Shown: positions 1 through 12,377 of the stretch, in pieces
How positions within the stretch are numbered: position 1 is the first letter of the stretch
Layout of the letters: each line of letters opens with the position of its first letter
Assembly: GCA_043756005.1 (NCBI GenBank)
Contig: JAYUTB010000008.1
Coordinates: forward strand, 2,316 to 66,315
Direction: 5' to 3'
Source of the DNA: Spiroplasmataceae bacterium
GTDB taxonomy: Bacteria; Bacillota_I; Bacilli_A; Mycoplasmatales; JAYUTB01
DNA: 64,000 nucleotides
Made by a program: the position numbers and the translations under genes
Notes under the pieces: generated by a model
The model's input: only the letters and a program-made list of their open reading frames with translations
Database searches by the model: none
What the model was told of the DNA's origin: nothing

Positions 1-125
1 ATAGGATTGTAATAACCGACATTTTCAATAAATTTACCATCTCTCTTTTTACGAGCATCAATGGCAATAATTCTATAAAATGGTTGATTTTTAGCACCAA
101 TTCTTGTTAATCTTAATTTAACCAT
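1..125 (-). CDS. rpsP: 30S ribosomal protein S16, N-terminal part (gene runs off the left edge)
   Basis: Reverse translation from ATG (comp. 123-125) gives [41 protein letters not shown], the conserved S16 N-terminus. The frame continues past position 1. Confidence 0.85.
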   Translation of the reverse strand, partial: MVKLRLTRIGAKNQPFYRIIAIDARKKRDGKFIENVGYYNP

Positions 126-176
126 CGTTTTTCCTTAAACATAATTATATTAATATTATATATATTTTTTCAAATT

Positions 177-1838
177 TTACTCAACTTGATCATGGTTATT
201 ATCTCTTAATGCGCCTTCAATTTTCATATTTCTAATCACCGCAATATTAACATTGCCAGGAATATTAATTTCATGATCACTTAAAATTCGATTTTTAACT
301 TCTTTTAAAACATTGTGCATTTGATATTCACTAATTTTATCTGGATCAATCATAATCATAATTTCTCGACCCGCTTGTAAAGAATATGAATTTTTCACGC
401 CGTCAATTGAATTACAAATTGCTTCAATTTTAACCATTCGTTTAATAAAATTTTCAACTGAATCTTTTCGGGCACCAGCTCGAGCAGCTGAAATAGTATC
501 AGCAGCCATTACTAAAATGGCGTAAGGGCTAGTCGGTTCAACGTCACCATGATGGGCTTCAATCGCATTAATCACTATTTCTGATTCAGCATATTTTTTA
601 GCTAAAAATACACCTGATTCAACATGCGAACCAGGATTTTGTAAATCGGTAACAGCTTTTCCGATATCATGTAACAGTCCACATCGCGTTGCTAACAAAC
701 GATCTAAACTTAATTCAGCGGCCATACTACCCGCTACATTAGCCACTTCAATAGAATGATTTAATACATTTTGTCCATAACTGGTTCGATATTTTAATTG
801 GCCAATATGTTTAATTAAATCTTCATGTAAGTTAAATAATTGCAATTCTTCAACAGTTTGTTTGCCAGTTTCCAAGATCATTTCTTCAACTTCAGCATTA
901 ACTTTATTTCAGCATTCTTCAATTTTTACCGGTTGAATACGACCATCTTGAATGAGCGCTTCTAAAGTTTTGACAGCGATTGCTCTTCTTAATGAATTAA
1001 AAGAAGAAATTTTAACTTGTTTAGCAGCTTCATCAATCATTAAATTTGTGCCAGTAATTAATTCAAAACACTTAATATTTCTACCTTCTTTACCAATTAT
1101 TTTCCCTTTAATCTCATCATCGGGCAATTTGACAATCGAAGTAGTAACTTCATTAATAACGCTTGCAGCATATTTATTAACGGCTAAAGTAATTAATTCA
1201 ACCGCCACATCTTTTAATTTTAATTTTAATGCAATGCGTTTGTTTTTGGTTAATTTATTTAAATCTTCCATAAAATCTTGCTCGACTTGTTCAAAAACTT
1301 TTTGTTTAGCTTCTTGAGGAGTTAAATTGGCTAATTTAAAAACTTTATCATTTCAATCCTTTTTTGATTGTTCAGTGGCAAGCAAACTTTTTTCTACTTT
1401 AGCTTCACGAGATTCAACATTCAATTCAAAAGCTTTAATAATTTTTTCTAAACCAAGTAATTCTTCTTTTCGTTCATTATATTCTAATCTAGCTTCATGT
1501 TTTTGAATGTTAATTTGTTGTTTTAATTCACGATTTTGATGTTGAATAGTTTTTTCCATTTGCTGTTGTTGTTCAGCAAATTGATCAATGTTTTGTTTTA
1601 ATTTGTTTTTTTCTAATTCAATGTTTTTTTTTGCTTCATTTAATAAATTTTCAGATAAATGTAAAATATTATGTTTATGTTTATGAATCTTTTTAATTAA
1701 AGTTTTTTCTTTAGTTGATAATCAATATTTTTTTAAAAAACTACCAAGAAAAAAACTTATTATTATACATGATGCTAAGATTGCGACAAAAGTCCAAATT
1801 ACTATTGGCTCAATACTTAATAAAGTGTTTAAAAACAT
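177..1838 (-). CDS. rny: ribonuclease Y
   Basis: Track ORFs 177-881, 909-1271 and 1353-1559 share one frame and are joined by TGA(Trp). The product has an N-terminal TM helix, a coiled-coil, a KH motif (GKIIGKEGRNIK) and an HD motif (LLHDIGKA). ATG at 1838, TAA at 177. Confidence 0.9.
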
Positions 1839-1939
1839 AAAATCTACTAACTAAAATCAGGAAAAAGTTACAAAAATGATTGACAACAAGTAATTTTGAA
1901 AATAACAAGTACAGGTTAATTTTAACACAAAATTACAAA

Positions 1940-2974
1940 TTAAATAATAAATTTATTTTGTAATTTTGTTTTTAAATCGTTGAACATTTTTGGGTCTTCA
2001 ATTAATTTTTGGCGAAGTTTTGCTTTACCTAAGGCAACATTAATATCATCAATAAAATATCAATTACCTTTTTTAATAATGAAATCATTTTCCAAACTTA
2101 AATTAATTATTTCCATAATTTGACAAATGCCCATGTCAAAATATACTAAAATATTAGCAATTTTAAAAGGTGGTGACATTTTATTTTTAACAATTTTAAC
2201 TTTAGCAATATAACCAACAACATTAGCGCTGTCATCTTTAACTTGTTCTATTCTCCGTACATCAAGTCGTAATGAAGCGTAAAAACGTAACGCCCTTCCG
2301 CCTGGGGTAACTTCATTATTTCCAAAAGATACCCCAATTTTTTCGCGCAATTGATTAATAAATAATACTGTGGTTTTTGTTTTAGCAATTACACCACCTA
2401 ATCTTCTTAAACACTTTGACATTAAACGGGCTTGCGCACCAATGGTTTGGTCGGAAACTTCACCATCTAATTCAATTTGTGGCACTAACGCAGCCACCGA
2501 ATCAATCACAATCAAATCAAATTCATTAGATTTTAATAATATTTCAACAATATGTAGCGCTTGTTCGCCTGAATCAGGTTGCGAAAAATACAGTTGATCA
2601 ATATTAATATTTAATTTTTGCGCATAAGCAGGATCTAACGCATGTTCAACATCTATAAAAGCCGCTTTACCACCTTTTTGCTGCGCTTGACTGATAGCAT
2701 GTAATGACAAAGTTGTTTTGCCTGATGATTCTGGACCATAAATTTCAACAATTCTTCCTTTAGGATAACCACCAATCCCAATACATTTATCTAACAGTAA
2801 ACTTCCACTTGGAATAACATTTTTTTTATCAAATTTTAACCCTGGGTTGCTACCAAGGGTCATAATAGTTCCTTTACCAAATTTTTGTTCAATCAGATCT
2901 ATAAAAGCAATATTAGGTACTTTTTGTTGGATTTGCATTTCCGGTTCTTCTAAAATTAAATGCTTATCAATCAT
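1940..2974 (-). CDS. recA: recombinase RecA
   Basis: Track ORF 2060-2974 carries Walker A GPESSGKTT and RecA-type core motifs. The TGA at 2060 is read as Trp and the frame continues to TAA at 1940-1942. Confidence 0.95.
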
Positions 2975-3042
2975 TTTATAAAAATTCTTTCTTAATCAAA
3001 TCTACTAATATATTAGTAATTGATTGAAAAAAAACCTTATTT

Positions 3043-3540
3043 TTAATTAATAATTTTGTAAAGTAATGCTATGCCGGCTCAGGCTAATTGCTTTTGAATC
3101 TCAGTCCGTGAGCCAGTTAAAAAATATTTTTCAGTAGTAACTTGATTTTGATAAACAACACTAATATATGATAAACCAACCACATTAACTTCCATAGTAG
3201 TCGGTCCAGCATTGCCAGTAAATCCAATGCCAATGTCAGTTTTAAATTTACTCAATGCTGAAGTTGCTAAAAATGCTGCGCATTCTGCAGAAATAATGTT
3301 TTCATTAATTACAAACGATTCAGGCAAACCAACGAGATTTGTTTTAATATCAGGTGTGTATGAAATAAAACCCCCCTTATAAAATTGACTAGCCCCAGCT
3401 TGTGATGTAATAAAACTTGCAAATAAGCCACCAGTAACACTTTCACAAGAAGATAAAGTAAGTTTATGTTTCAGACAAAACTGAAAAATATATGAAAGTT
3501 GTTTTTTACGTTGCTTAATAATTGCCAACACTTGTTTCAT
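3043..3540 (-). CDS. cinA: CinA-family C-terminal (PncC-like) domain protein
   Basis: Track ORF 3079-3540 contains SCESVTGGL and GNAGP segments typical of the CinA C-terminal domain. It extends through TGA 3079 to TAA 3043. It is in frame with upstream pgsA (see finding). Confidence 0.75.
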
Positions 3541-3558
3541 ATAAACAACACAACTTCC

Positions 3559-4149
3559 TCAAGTTAAACATAGACTGATTGACAACATCGTAATATTGAT
3601 AATCAGTAAATAAAAATTATAATTCTTGTTTTGATCTAAAAATTGTACCAAAAAAAACACTAATAACACCGTTATCATTTGCGCCACGGTTTTTAATTTT
3701 CCCCAAATGTTTGCTGACACAACTAAATAATGATTTGAAAAAAACACTGCAACACGCATATAATCAACGATAACATCTCTTATAATAAATAAGATAATTA
3801 CCGTAATAACTACATATACAAATCATTCAGGTTTTGATGTAGTTAATTTAAAACACAATGCCGCTAAAGTAGCATTAATTAATATTTTGTCAATTAATGG
3901 ATCTAAAAATTTACCAATAACCGTGATTTGATTTCATTTACGGGCTAAAAAACCATCTAATCAATCACTAGCTGCGGCAATTAAAAATAATGTCATAGCA
4001 ATTCATAAAAGATATGGAGCAGCTGGTTTTCAATGAAATAAAACACAAAACACCACACCGATTGATAAAAATAAACGAATGACACAGATGACATTAGGAA
4101 TATTTCAAAATTTAATTAATGGTGGTTGAATTGTTTTTTTTTGTAACAT
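3559..4149 (-). CDS. pgsA: CDP-diacylglycerol--glycerol-3-phosphate 3-phosphatidyltransferase
   Basis: ATG at 4149. The CDP-alcohol phosphatidyltransferase motif [27 protein letters not shown] is present, with several TM helices and many in-frame TGA. The listed 3' end is a TGA that is probably Trp here. Confidence 0.85.
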
Positions 4150-4477
4150 AATTTAAAAACAATACTAAGTTGTTGTAATAAATAATTTAATCATCTATTT
4201 AAAAATCATCGGCTTCTTTTGAAATTAAACAATGAAACACGCTTTTACAAATGTTTTCATCACATTTGCGACGCCGTTTTAATTCAACTGCATTCATATC
4301 ATCACCCTACCTTTACTTTATATATTACGTTGTTTTGATATGTTATATCAACAAACAACTAATATTATTTAAACTGTTTTTTATAAATTTCCTAAAAATT
4401 TATAAAAAACATCATCATCAGGAAAGTAAAGTGGTGAACAACCTCAATAAGCCACATTTTGTATTTTTAAATTTAAC

Positions 4478-4826
4478 TTTAAAAACGTTGATTATTTATC
4501 TATTAGTATAAATACTAATCCGTATCTTAGTTCAGTTACTAAGAAACGACTCCTCTACCATAAAATTGTTTGAGTTGCTCGCTTGTGGGGTTTACCGCGT
4601 TTCACTTTTTAAATTTCTCTAAAAAATCGTCACTGTGGCACCTTAAAAATCAATCAACCATGGTTAATAAAAACTTTAGGTTAATCAATTTGCCGTTAAG
4701 AGGTGGGTGACCTCCTACTTAAAGTTATTGATTCCTTTAACACAATCATTATAATCATCGCAGATTATACGCGAGGGTGGACTTTCCTCTAATTTTTTTT
4801 AAAAAATCAGCAATCAACTTTCTGGC
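4478..4826 (-). ncRNA. rnpB: RNase P RNA (ends approximate)
   Basis: The reverse strand carries the universal AGAGGAAAGTCC box (comp. 4779-4790) preceded by a P3-like hairpin, plus GTGCCACAGTGACG and AAGATACGG segments. GTTGATT (comp. 4812-4818) can pair with AATCAAC (comp. 4487-4493) as a closing helix. Confidence 0.85.
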
Positions 4827-4862
4827 TGTTCACCAGTAATTAATATTAACATAAAATATGAA

Positions 4863-5651
4863 TTAACAAGCAAATGTTAATAATTTTTGTTTAGTCCTAA
4901 TATAATACAGCAAGATCGAAGTTGCTGCCGCAACATTAAGTGATTGTGTAATACCTAACATGGGAATATGTAAATGAATATCAAGATCAGGTAATAAATT
5001 AGGTGTAATCCCTTTGCCTTCATTACCAACAATTAATACAAGTGGTAATTGATAATCAATCACCTTTTGATAGATTGCATCAATCAGTTGCGAAGCTAAT
5101 GTCGCCCCAACGATTCAATATCCAGCGGCTTTTAATAACTTAATTGTTACTTTTAAATTCACCACTTGACAAATATTTATAAAGTTAACAGCACCAGCTG
5201 ATGTTTTAAAAACTGTAGCATTTACTGGTGATTGACGATGCTGTAACATAATCACCCCATCCACATTCATAATTTCACTAGTTCTAATAATGGCGCCTAA
5301 GTTACCCGGATCTTGAATCTGATCCACCATTAATAATAATGGATGGGTTTGGTGTTTGGAAAAATCAATTAAGGCGGGTAAGTCAAGATAAGTAAATGGT
5401 TTGATGTCAATCACAATCCCTTGATGTTTATCAGTCTTAACCAGCGTAGTTAACTCATCTTTTGTTAAAACAACTACCTTAAGCTGATGGCTTTGACAAA
5501 GCGCTACAATGTGATCATTATGATAATTGCCTTCTGATAAAAATAACTGATTAATTTTATGGGGTGTTTTTGCAACAACTTGCAAAAACACCTGTCGTCC
5601 AAAAATATATTGATTTGGTAAAGTTTGCTGAATATTTAATATTTTCATCAT
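4863..5651 (-). CDS. rlmB: SpoU/TrmH-family RNA 2'-O-methyltransferase (RlmB-like)
   Basis: Track ORFs 4863-5063 and 5115-5651 are one frame joined by TGA. SpoU motifs DQIQDPGNLGAIIRT and LIVGNEGKGI are present. Confidence 0.85.
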
Positions 5652-5704
5652 AAAAATAAATTATAACAGTAAAGATATTGTAAAATGTAGTTAAGCAGGT
5701 AAGG

Positions 5705-6661
5705 ATGTTAATATTAGCAATTGAATCAAGTTGTGATGATTTAAGTATTGCCATAACGCGTCATAAAACTGTGTTAGCATGTGTTACTTATCATTCAGTA
5801 TCATTACATCGTCAATTTGGAGGCATTATTCCAGAAGCTGCGTCACGTGATCATTTACATAAATTACATGATGTGTTAAACAAAACATTATTAAAAGCTA
5901 ACATTAGTATTAATGAACTTGATTATGTAGCTTACACAAGTCAGCCTGGCTTAATTGGTAGTTTATTAATTGGTAAAGTAATGGCGCAAGCGATTGCTAG
6001 TTTAATTAACAAACCTTTAATTGCATGTAATCATCTGGAAGGTCATGTATATAGTGCAATGTTACATCATCAATCATTTACCTTTCCCATGATCGCGTTA
6101 ATAGTTAGTGGCGGCCATACGCAATTATATTATTTAAAAGCTCATGGCGATTTTCAGGTAATTGGTGAATCAGTTGATGATGCCGTGGGCGAATGTTATG
6201 ATAAAGTTGGGCGGGCTTTAAACTTGCCATATCCGGCGGGCAAAGAAATCGATCGTTTAGCAGCTCACTATCAATGACCAGCCAAATATTTATTCAAGCA
6301 CCCACACTTTAAAAATGTTGCTCAAACTGATCATCATTTTAATTTTTCATTCAGCGGCTTTAAAACACAAAGTTATCAAATTATGCAACAACAAATCGCT
6401 GACTTAGATGTTAATAATTTTGCATACAGCTTTCAAACAAGCATGATTAATTATATTATGCACATTGTTACAAAGGCCATTAATAAATATCAACCCACCA
6501 TGCTGGTGATTGGTGGTGGGGTGGCGTTAAATTCTTTATTGCGTAACAAAATTAAAAACTTACCGATAAAAACGTTAATCCCTTACAAAAAATATTGTGC
6601 TGATAATGCAGCTATGATTGGCTTATTAGCTTATATTAAAATCACTCATGGGCAAATTTAG
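5705..6661 (+). CDS. tsaD: tRNA N6-adenosine threonylcarbamoyltransferase TsaD
   Basis: MLILAIESSCDD..., NHLEGH and SGGHT motifs of Kae1/TsaD. Track ORFs 5705-6277 and 6383-6661 share a frame and are joined by TGA codons. Confidence 0.9.
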
Positions 6662-7619
6662 CATGAGTTATTTAAAACAATTATTTAAACATTTAAACAA
6701 AGCGATGATGATTACTAGTTTTTTAATTGGCTGTAAAAATAAAAATTTAATAGATCAAATTGCCGTCACCACCATCCAAGATGCTTTAAATAAATTAAAC
6801 ATTAAAGTAAAAGTTGTTATTGGAGAAGGCGTCCTTGATAAAGCACCAATGCTTTATCAAGGAGAAATATTAGGCAACCACGCCAGTAAAAAAATTGTTG
6901 ATTTAATTGTTGATCCAATTGAAAACACTACGGGGGCAGCTTATGATAATGAAGCAGCAATGAGTTGTTTTGCAATGATCAAACATAATACTATTAAAAT
7001 GTTAATCCCCGAAATGTATATGGAAAAAATATTTGTTGGACCAGCACTTAAAACAGTTATTAATTTAGCTAATGGCTTAGCTTGAAACGTTACCGCAATG
7101 CAGCACGCCTTGCACAAAACAAAGCTAAAATGTGTCATCTTAAATCGACCCCGTCATGAGCAAGCAATTAAAGATTTACATACTTGAGGTGTGGAAACTT
7201 ATTTAATCAATAACGGTGATGTAATTGGGGCGATTGATGTAGCACTTGGTGAATATGATTTTTTATATGGCATTGGATGTACTCCCGAAGGATATTTAAA
7301 GGCCGCTTTAGCAATTAGCTTACATGGTAAATTACAATTTAAATTAACCCCTATTAATCAGATATGATTACCCACTGACGAACACTTTACACAACAAGCG
7401 TCAAATGAAGCTGAGTTTTTTAAACACCATCCACTAACCTTAACTACTTGTTATGAAGATATTGACTTAATTAGTGATAACAATCCAGTATTTTTTGCTT
7501 TTAGTCTTAATAAAAGCAAACTAATCCCACCAATTTTAAAAACCAAATCATGGTTTTATATTACTAGATTTGTTGTTAAAAACAATAAAATAGCTATTAA
7601 AAAAGCTAAAATAAAATAA
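6648..7619 (+). CDS. glpX: class II fructose-1,6-bisphosphatase (GlpX-like)
   Basis: VVIGEGVLDKAPMLYQGE, VDPIENTT and YMEKIFVGP resemble GlpX signatures. The frame continues through several TGA to TAA 7617-7619. It overlaps the tsaD end by 14 nt. Confidence 0.75.
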
Positions 7620-7624
7620 AATGT

Positions 7625-8656
7625 ATGATATTTAAAACGCCAACGGTTTGATTAAGCATCAAATCAATTTTCAAAATCACAAAAGCAAATGTTTTTCGTG
7701 AACCAAAACAAAAAAAACATCGCATTATTAAACAAATCATCGTTATTTTTTTAATTACTTCAATCATCCCAATCAATTATCAGGTTTTTTATATTAATAA
7801 AAATAGTCTTGTAATTGCTTTAGCGCCGGGCATCAGTGGATGTATTCAACTGATTGAAAAATTATGATTAAAAACAAGTATGATTTGGCGTTTTTACTTA
7901 GCATTTTTTGTGATAAATATTCCCATCTTTATATTTAGTTTTATGAAATTAGGAAAATGTTTAGCACTTTATACTTTTTTAATTCCTTTATTTACTTTGT
8001 TTTGAACTTTAATTTGACAATGAATTCCTGGTTTTGATCAATTAGGCAACATAATTAGAATAAAAGGTGATAACAAATGAATACAAGAATTTATTAATTT
8101 AACTATTTATGGAACGATTGTTGGTATAATATATGGTTTGTTATTAAAAGGAGGGGCTACAACAGGTGGTTTTGATACAATTTTTACTTATTTTTCTTTA
8201 AAAAAACAAGTTAATTTTATAAAAACAATTAAAATATTTAATATTTTTACAATCATAATTTTTATAATCATTAAGATGTTATGAGAGAGAGAAAAATTTG
8301 ATGATGAAGTTAAAAGATTATTAATCTGATCAATTTATCTTGTTTTTTTAATCACATTTGTTATGGGAAAAATTTTTGTAAGATTTAATTTAATTAATTT
8401 AAATATTATTTCTAATAATGCCGCCATTATTAAAGAAATGTTATATAAAAATAATTTTATTCATGGTGGTATTATATTTTTTGGTAAAGGTTTATACAAC
8501 AGTGATCAAAATCGAGAAATGATTACCACAGTCATTTCAATGATTGAATACGAGGATGTATATAATATCATTAAAACAACTGATGCTAACGCAATCATCT
8601 ATTGTACAAATATTCACAAAATAAGCACTAACTTTATATCTAAAAAATATGATTAA
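7625..8656 (+). CDS. YitT-family membrane protein with C-terminal DUF2179-like domain
   Basis: ATG at 7625. Multiple TM helices, a GGATTGGFD motif and a C-terminal soluble domain (track ORF 8363-8656), all in one frame with TGA=Trp. Confidence 0.7.
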
Positions 8657-9512
8657 AAAATTACAAACTTTTTGGAATAACAATTTTACTACTATCAAAC
8701 AAATTCTTACGATTGTTGTTTGTTCTTTTATAGCGGCATTAGTTTATCCGTTATTAATGATAGGACAACAAATCGATAAGGGAACAGAACTATATGTTTT
8801 ATCGCCCGGGATGTGGGGGTTTTTTAATTTAATAACAGAAACTTTTTATACAAAAATTTTACATTATACTAAAGAAAAAATTAATTCATTAAATTATGCA
8901 ATATTTACGACCACAGGTTTTGTTATTTTAAACATTCCTATATTAATTTTTATTTTTTTCAAAACCAATAAAAATTTTTTTATTTATACATGTTTTATTA
9001 TTTTTTTAAACACAATATGAAGTTGAATATTTTGATGTGGTGAAGATTTATTTCAAAATTTAAATACAAAGATCAATACAAACGATAAATCACTTATTTT
9101 TATTAAGATTCTTGTAGGAGGTATAATTTGAGGGATTGTATATGGTTTGATGTTAAAAAATGGTGGTACCGCCGGCGATTTAGATACAATTATTATTCAC
9201 AAAACACTAACCCATCGTTATGGTTTTGATTTTTTTTTAAAATGTTATTATATATCTACCGAATTACTTTGATTTTTGATTTATCAATTTTATTTCGAAA
9301 AAACAGGCCAGTTAATGATTATTAATTCTATTGTAGTAAGTTTTATTGCTGGTTCAGTAATGGGACAAATTTTTCGATACTTTAGTAAAAAAAATACTAA
9401 TGATAAGTCAAATAAAATCTACAATTGCAATTTTTTATACAAAAATATAACATTAATTGTATCAATGTTTTTTGTGCTACAGATAATTTTACAATTAGAT
9501 AAAAACTCTTAA
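8649..9512 (+). CDS. YitT-like membrane protein paralogue lacking the C-terminal domain
   Basis: Track ORFs 8649-9020 and 9276-9512 share a frame joined by TGA. It has a GGTAGDLD motif equivalent to GGATTGGFD of the upstream gene. Its start overlaps the upstream stop (ATGATTAA). Confidence 0.6.
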
Positions 9513-9534
9513 AAATGATCAATAATTAATAAAT

Positions 9535-10881
9535 ATGATCAAAAAATATAAAAAAGTCGCAACAATCATGATTTTTCAAAAAAAAATCAAACCGAACACA
9601 ATGATCCATATTGATGGTACCGTGTCAACAAACCGTAACAGCGGTAAAATTGGTTTTATAGCAATCACTGATGGATTAAGTTTAACAACCATTCAAGTTG
9701 TTTATAAAATCGAAACCATAGCTAATTTTAATAACATTAAACATATTTTAACTGGCAGTTCCGTTAGTGTGTTTGGAACATTAATCAACACCAAAACCTG
9801 AGAAATTCAAGCCGATCAAATAATTATCTTAAACGCTACCGATGAGCATTATTTATTACAAAAAAAACACCATTCTTTAGAATTGTTAAGAACACAACCT
9901 CATTTACGATCAAAAACCAAAACTTTTTATTGTATCTTTAAAATTAGAAGTGTGGTTTGTCAATTAATTCATCAATTTTTTATGAAACATCAGTTTGTGT
10001 TAGTTAATAACCCAATTATGACTAAAAATAATTGTGAAAGTGGTGCCGAAACTTTTGCCATGAATGCAAAAAATAATGATCAGTTTTTCAAAAAAATGGA
10101 TCATTATTTTTTAACAGCAAGTGGTCAATTAGAATGTGAAGCGTTTGCACAAGCATTCAATAAAACATATACATTTGGACCAGTGTTTCGAGCTGAAAAA
10201 TCAAACACTTCAGTACATGCTGCTGAATTTTGAATGGTTGAATTTGAAATAATTAATGGCTTAGTAAAAGATTTAATTAAATGAACAGAAAAACTGATTA
10301 AATTTATTATTAAAAATGTATTAAAACATTATAACGCAGAAATGAATTATTTGGCCAGTAAATATGATGTCGATCTCATTAATAATTTAACAAACATTGT
10401 TAAACATAAATTTAAAATTATTTCATATCAACAAGCCATTAATTTACTAAAAAAAGCTCAAAACGTAACATTTCAATATTCTCACCTTGCGTTTGGAGTT
10501 GATTTACAAAAAGAACATGAAAAATATCTCTGTCATTTGTTTAAAAAACCAGTTTTTATCTATAATTTTCCAAGTGGTATTAAATCTTTTTATATGAAAC
10601 ACAATGCCGATCAACAAACTGTGGCTTCGGTAGATTTATTAATACCAATGATTGGTGAATTAATGGGCGGTAGTGAACGAACCAGTGATATTAATCAATT
10701 ATATAAGCAAATGATTGCTAAACATATTGATCCAGCACATTATGAATGATATTTAAATTTAAGAAAATCCGGATATATAAAAACAGCTGGTTTTGGTTTA
10801 GGATTAGATCGACTATTAATGTTACTTACTGGCATGAAAAACATTCGTGATGTGATACCATTTCCAATTACTTATGAATAA
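9535..10881 (+). CDS. asnS: asparagine--tRNA ligase
   Basis: Three track ORFs in one frame. N-terminal OB fold and class II motifs including [23 protein letters not shown] at 10879-10881. Confidence 0.9.
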
Positions 10882-10886
10882 ATGAA

Positions 10887-12374
<1,488 letters not shown>

Positions 12375-12377
12375 ATT

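Noticed and set aside
952-1317. Plus-strand ORF inside rny. The same applies to 2370-2597 (in recA), 11328-11522 and 11563-11937 (in lysS), 15369-15620 (in ftsH), 16624-16833 (in argS), 58152-58634 (three ORFs in pnp), 60708-60929 (an alternative frame of the HD gene) and 63288-63485 (in trpS).
   Set aside because: These are antisense to, or out of frame with, strongly supported conserved genes. They have no independent signals and are typical AT-rich shadow ORFs.
4251-4511. 86-aa plus-strand ORF.
   Set aside because: Low-complexity sequence. Its 3' part overlaps the rnpB RNA gene on the other strand, and there is no SD.
5557-5754. 65-aa minus-strand ORF spanning the rlmB start and the tsaD start. 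Also 6941-7138, 31674-31874, 49693-49941 and 56976-57248 on the minus strand.
   Set aside because: These are alternative frames overlapping better-supported genes (rlmB/tsaD, glpX, the large T4SS-cluster gene, degV/the surface gene, the RNase J-like gene). They have low-complexity sequence and no signals.
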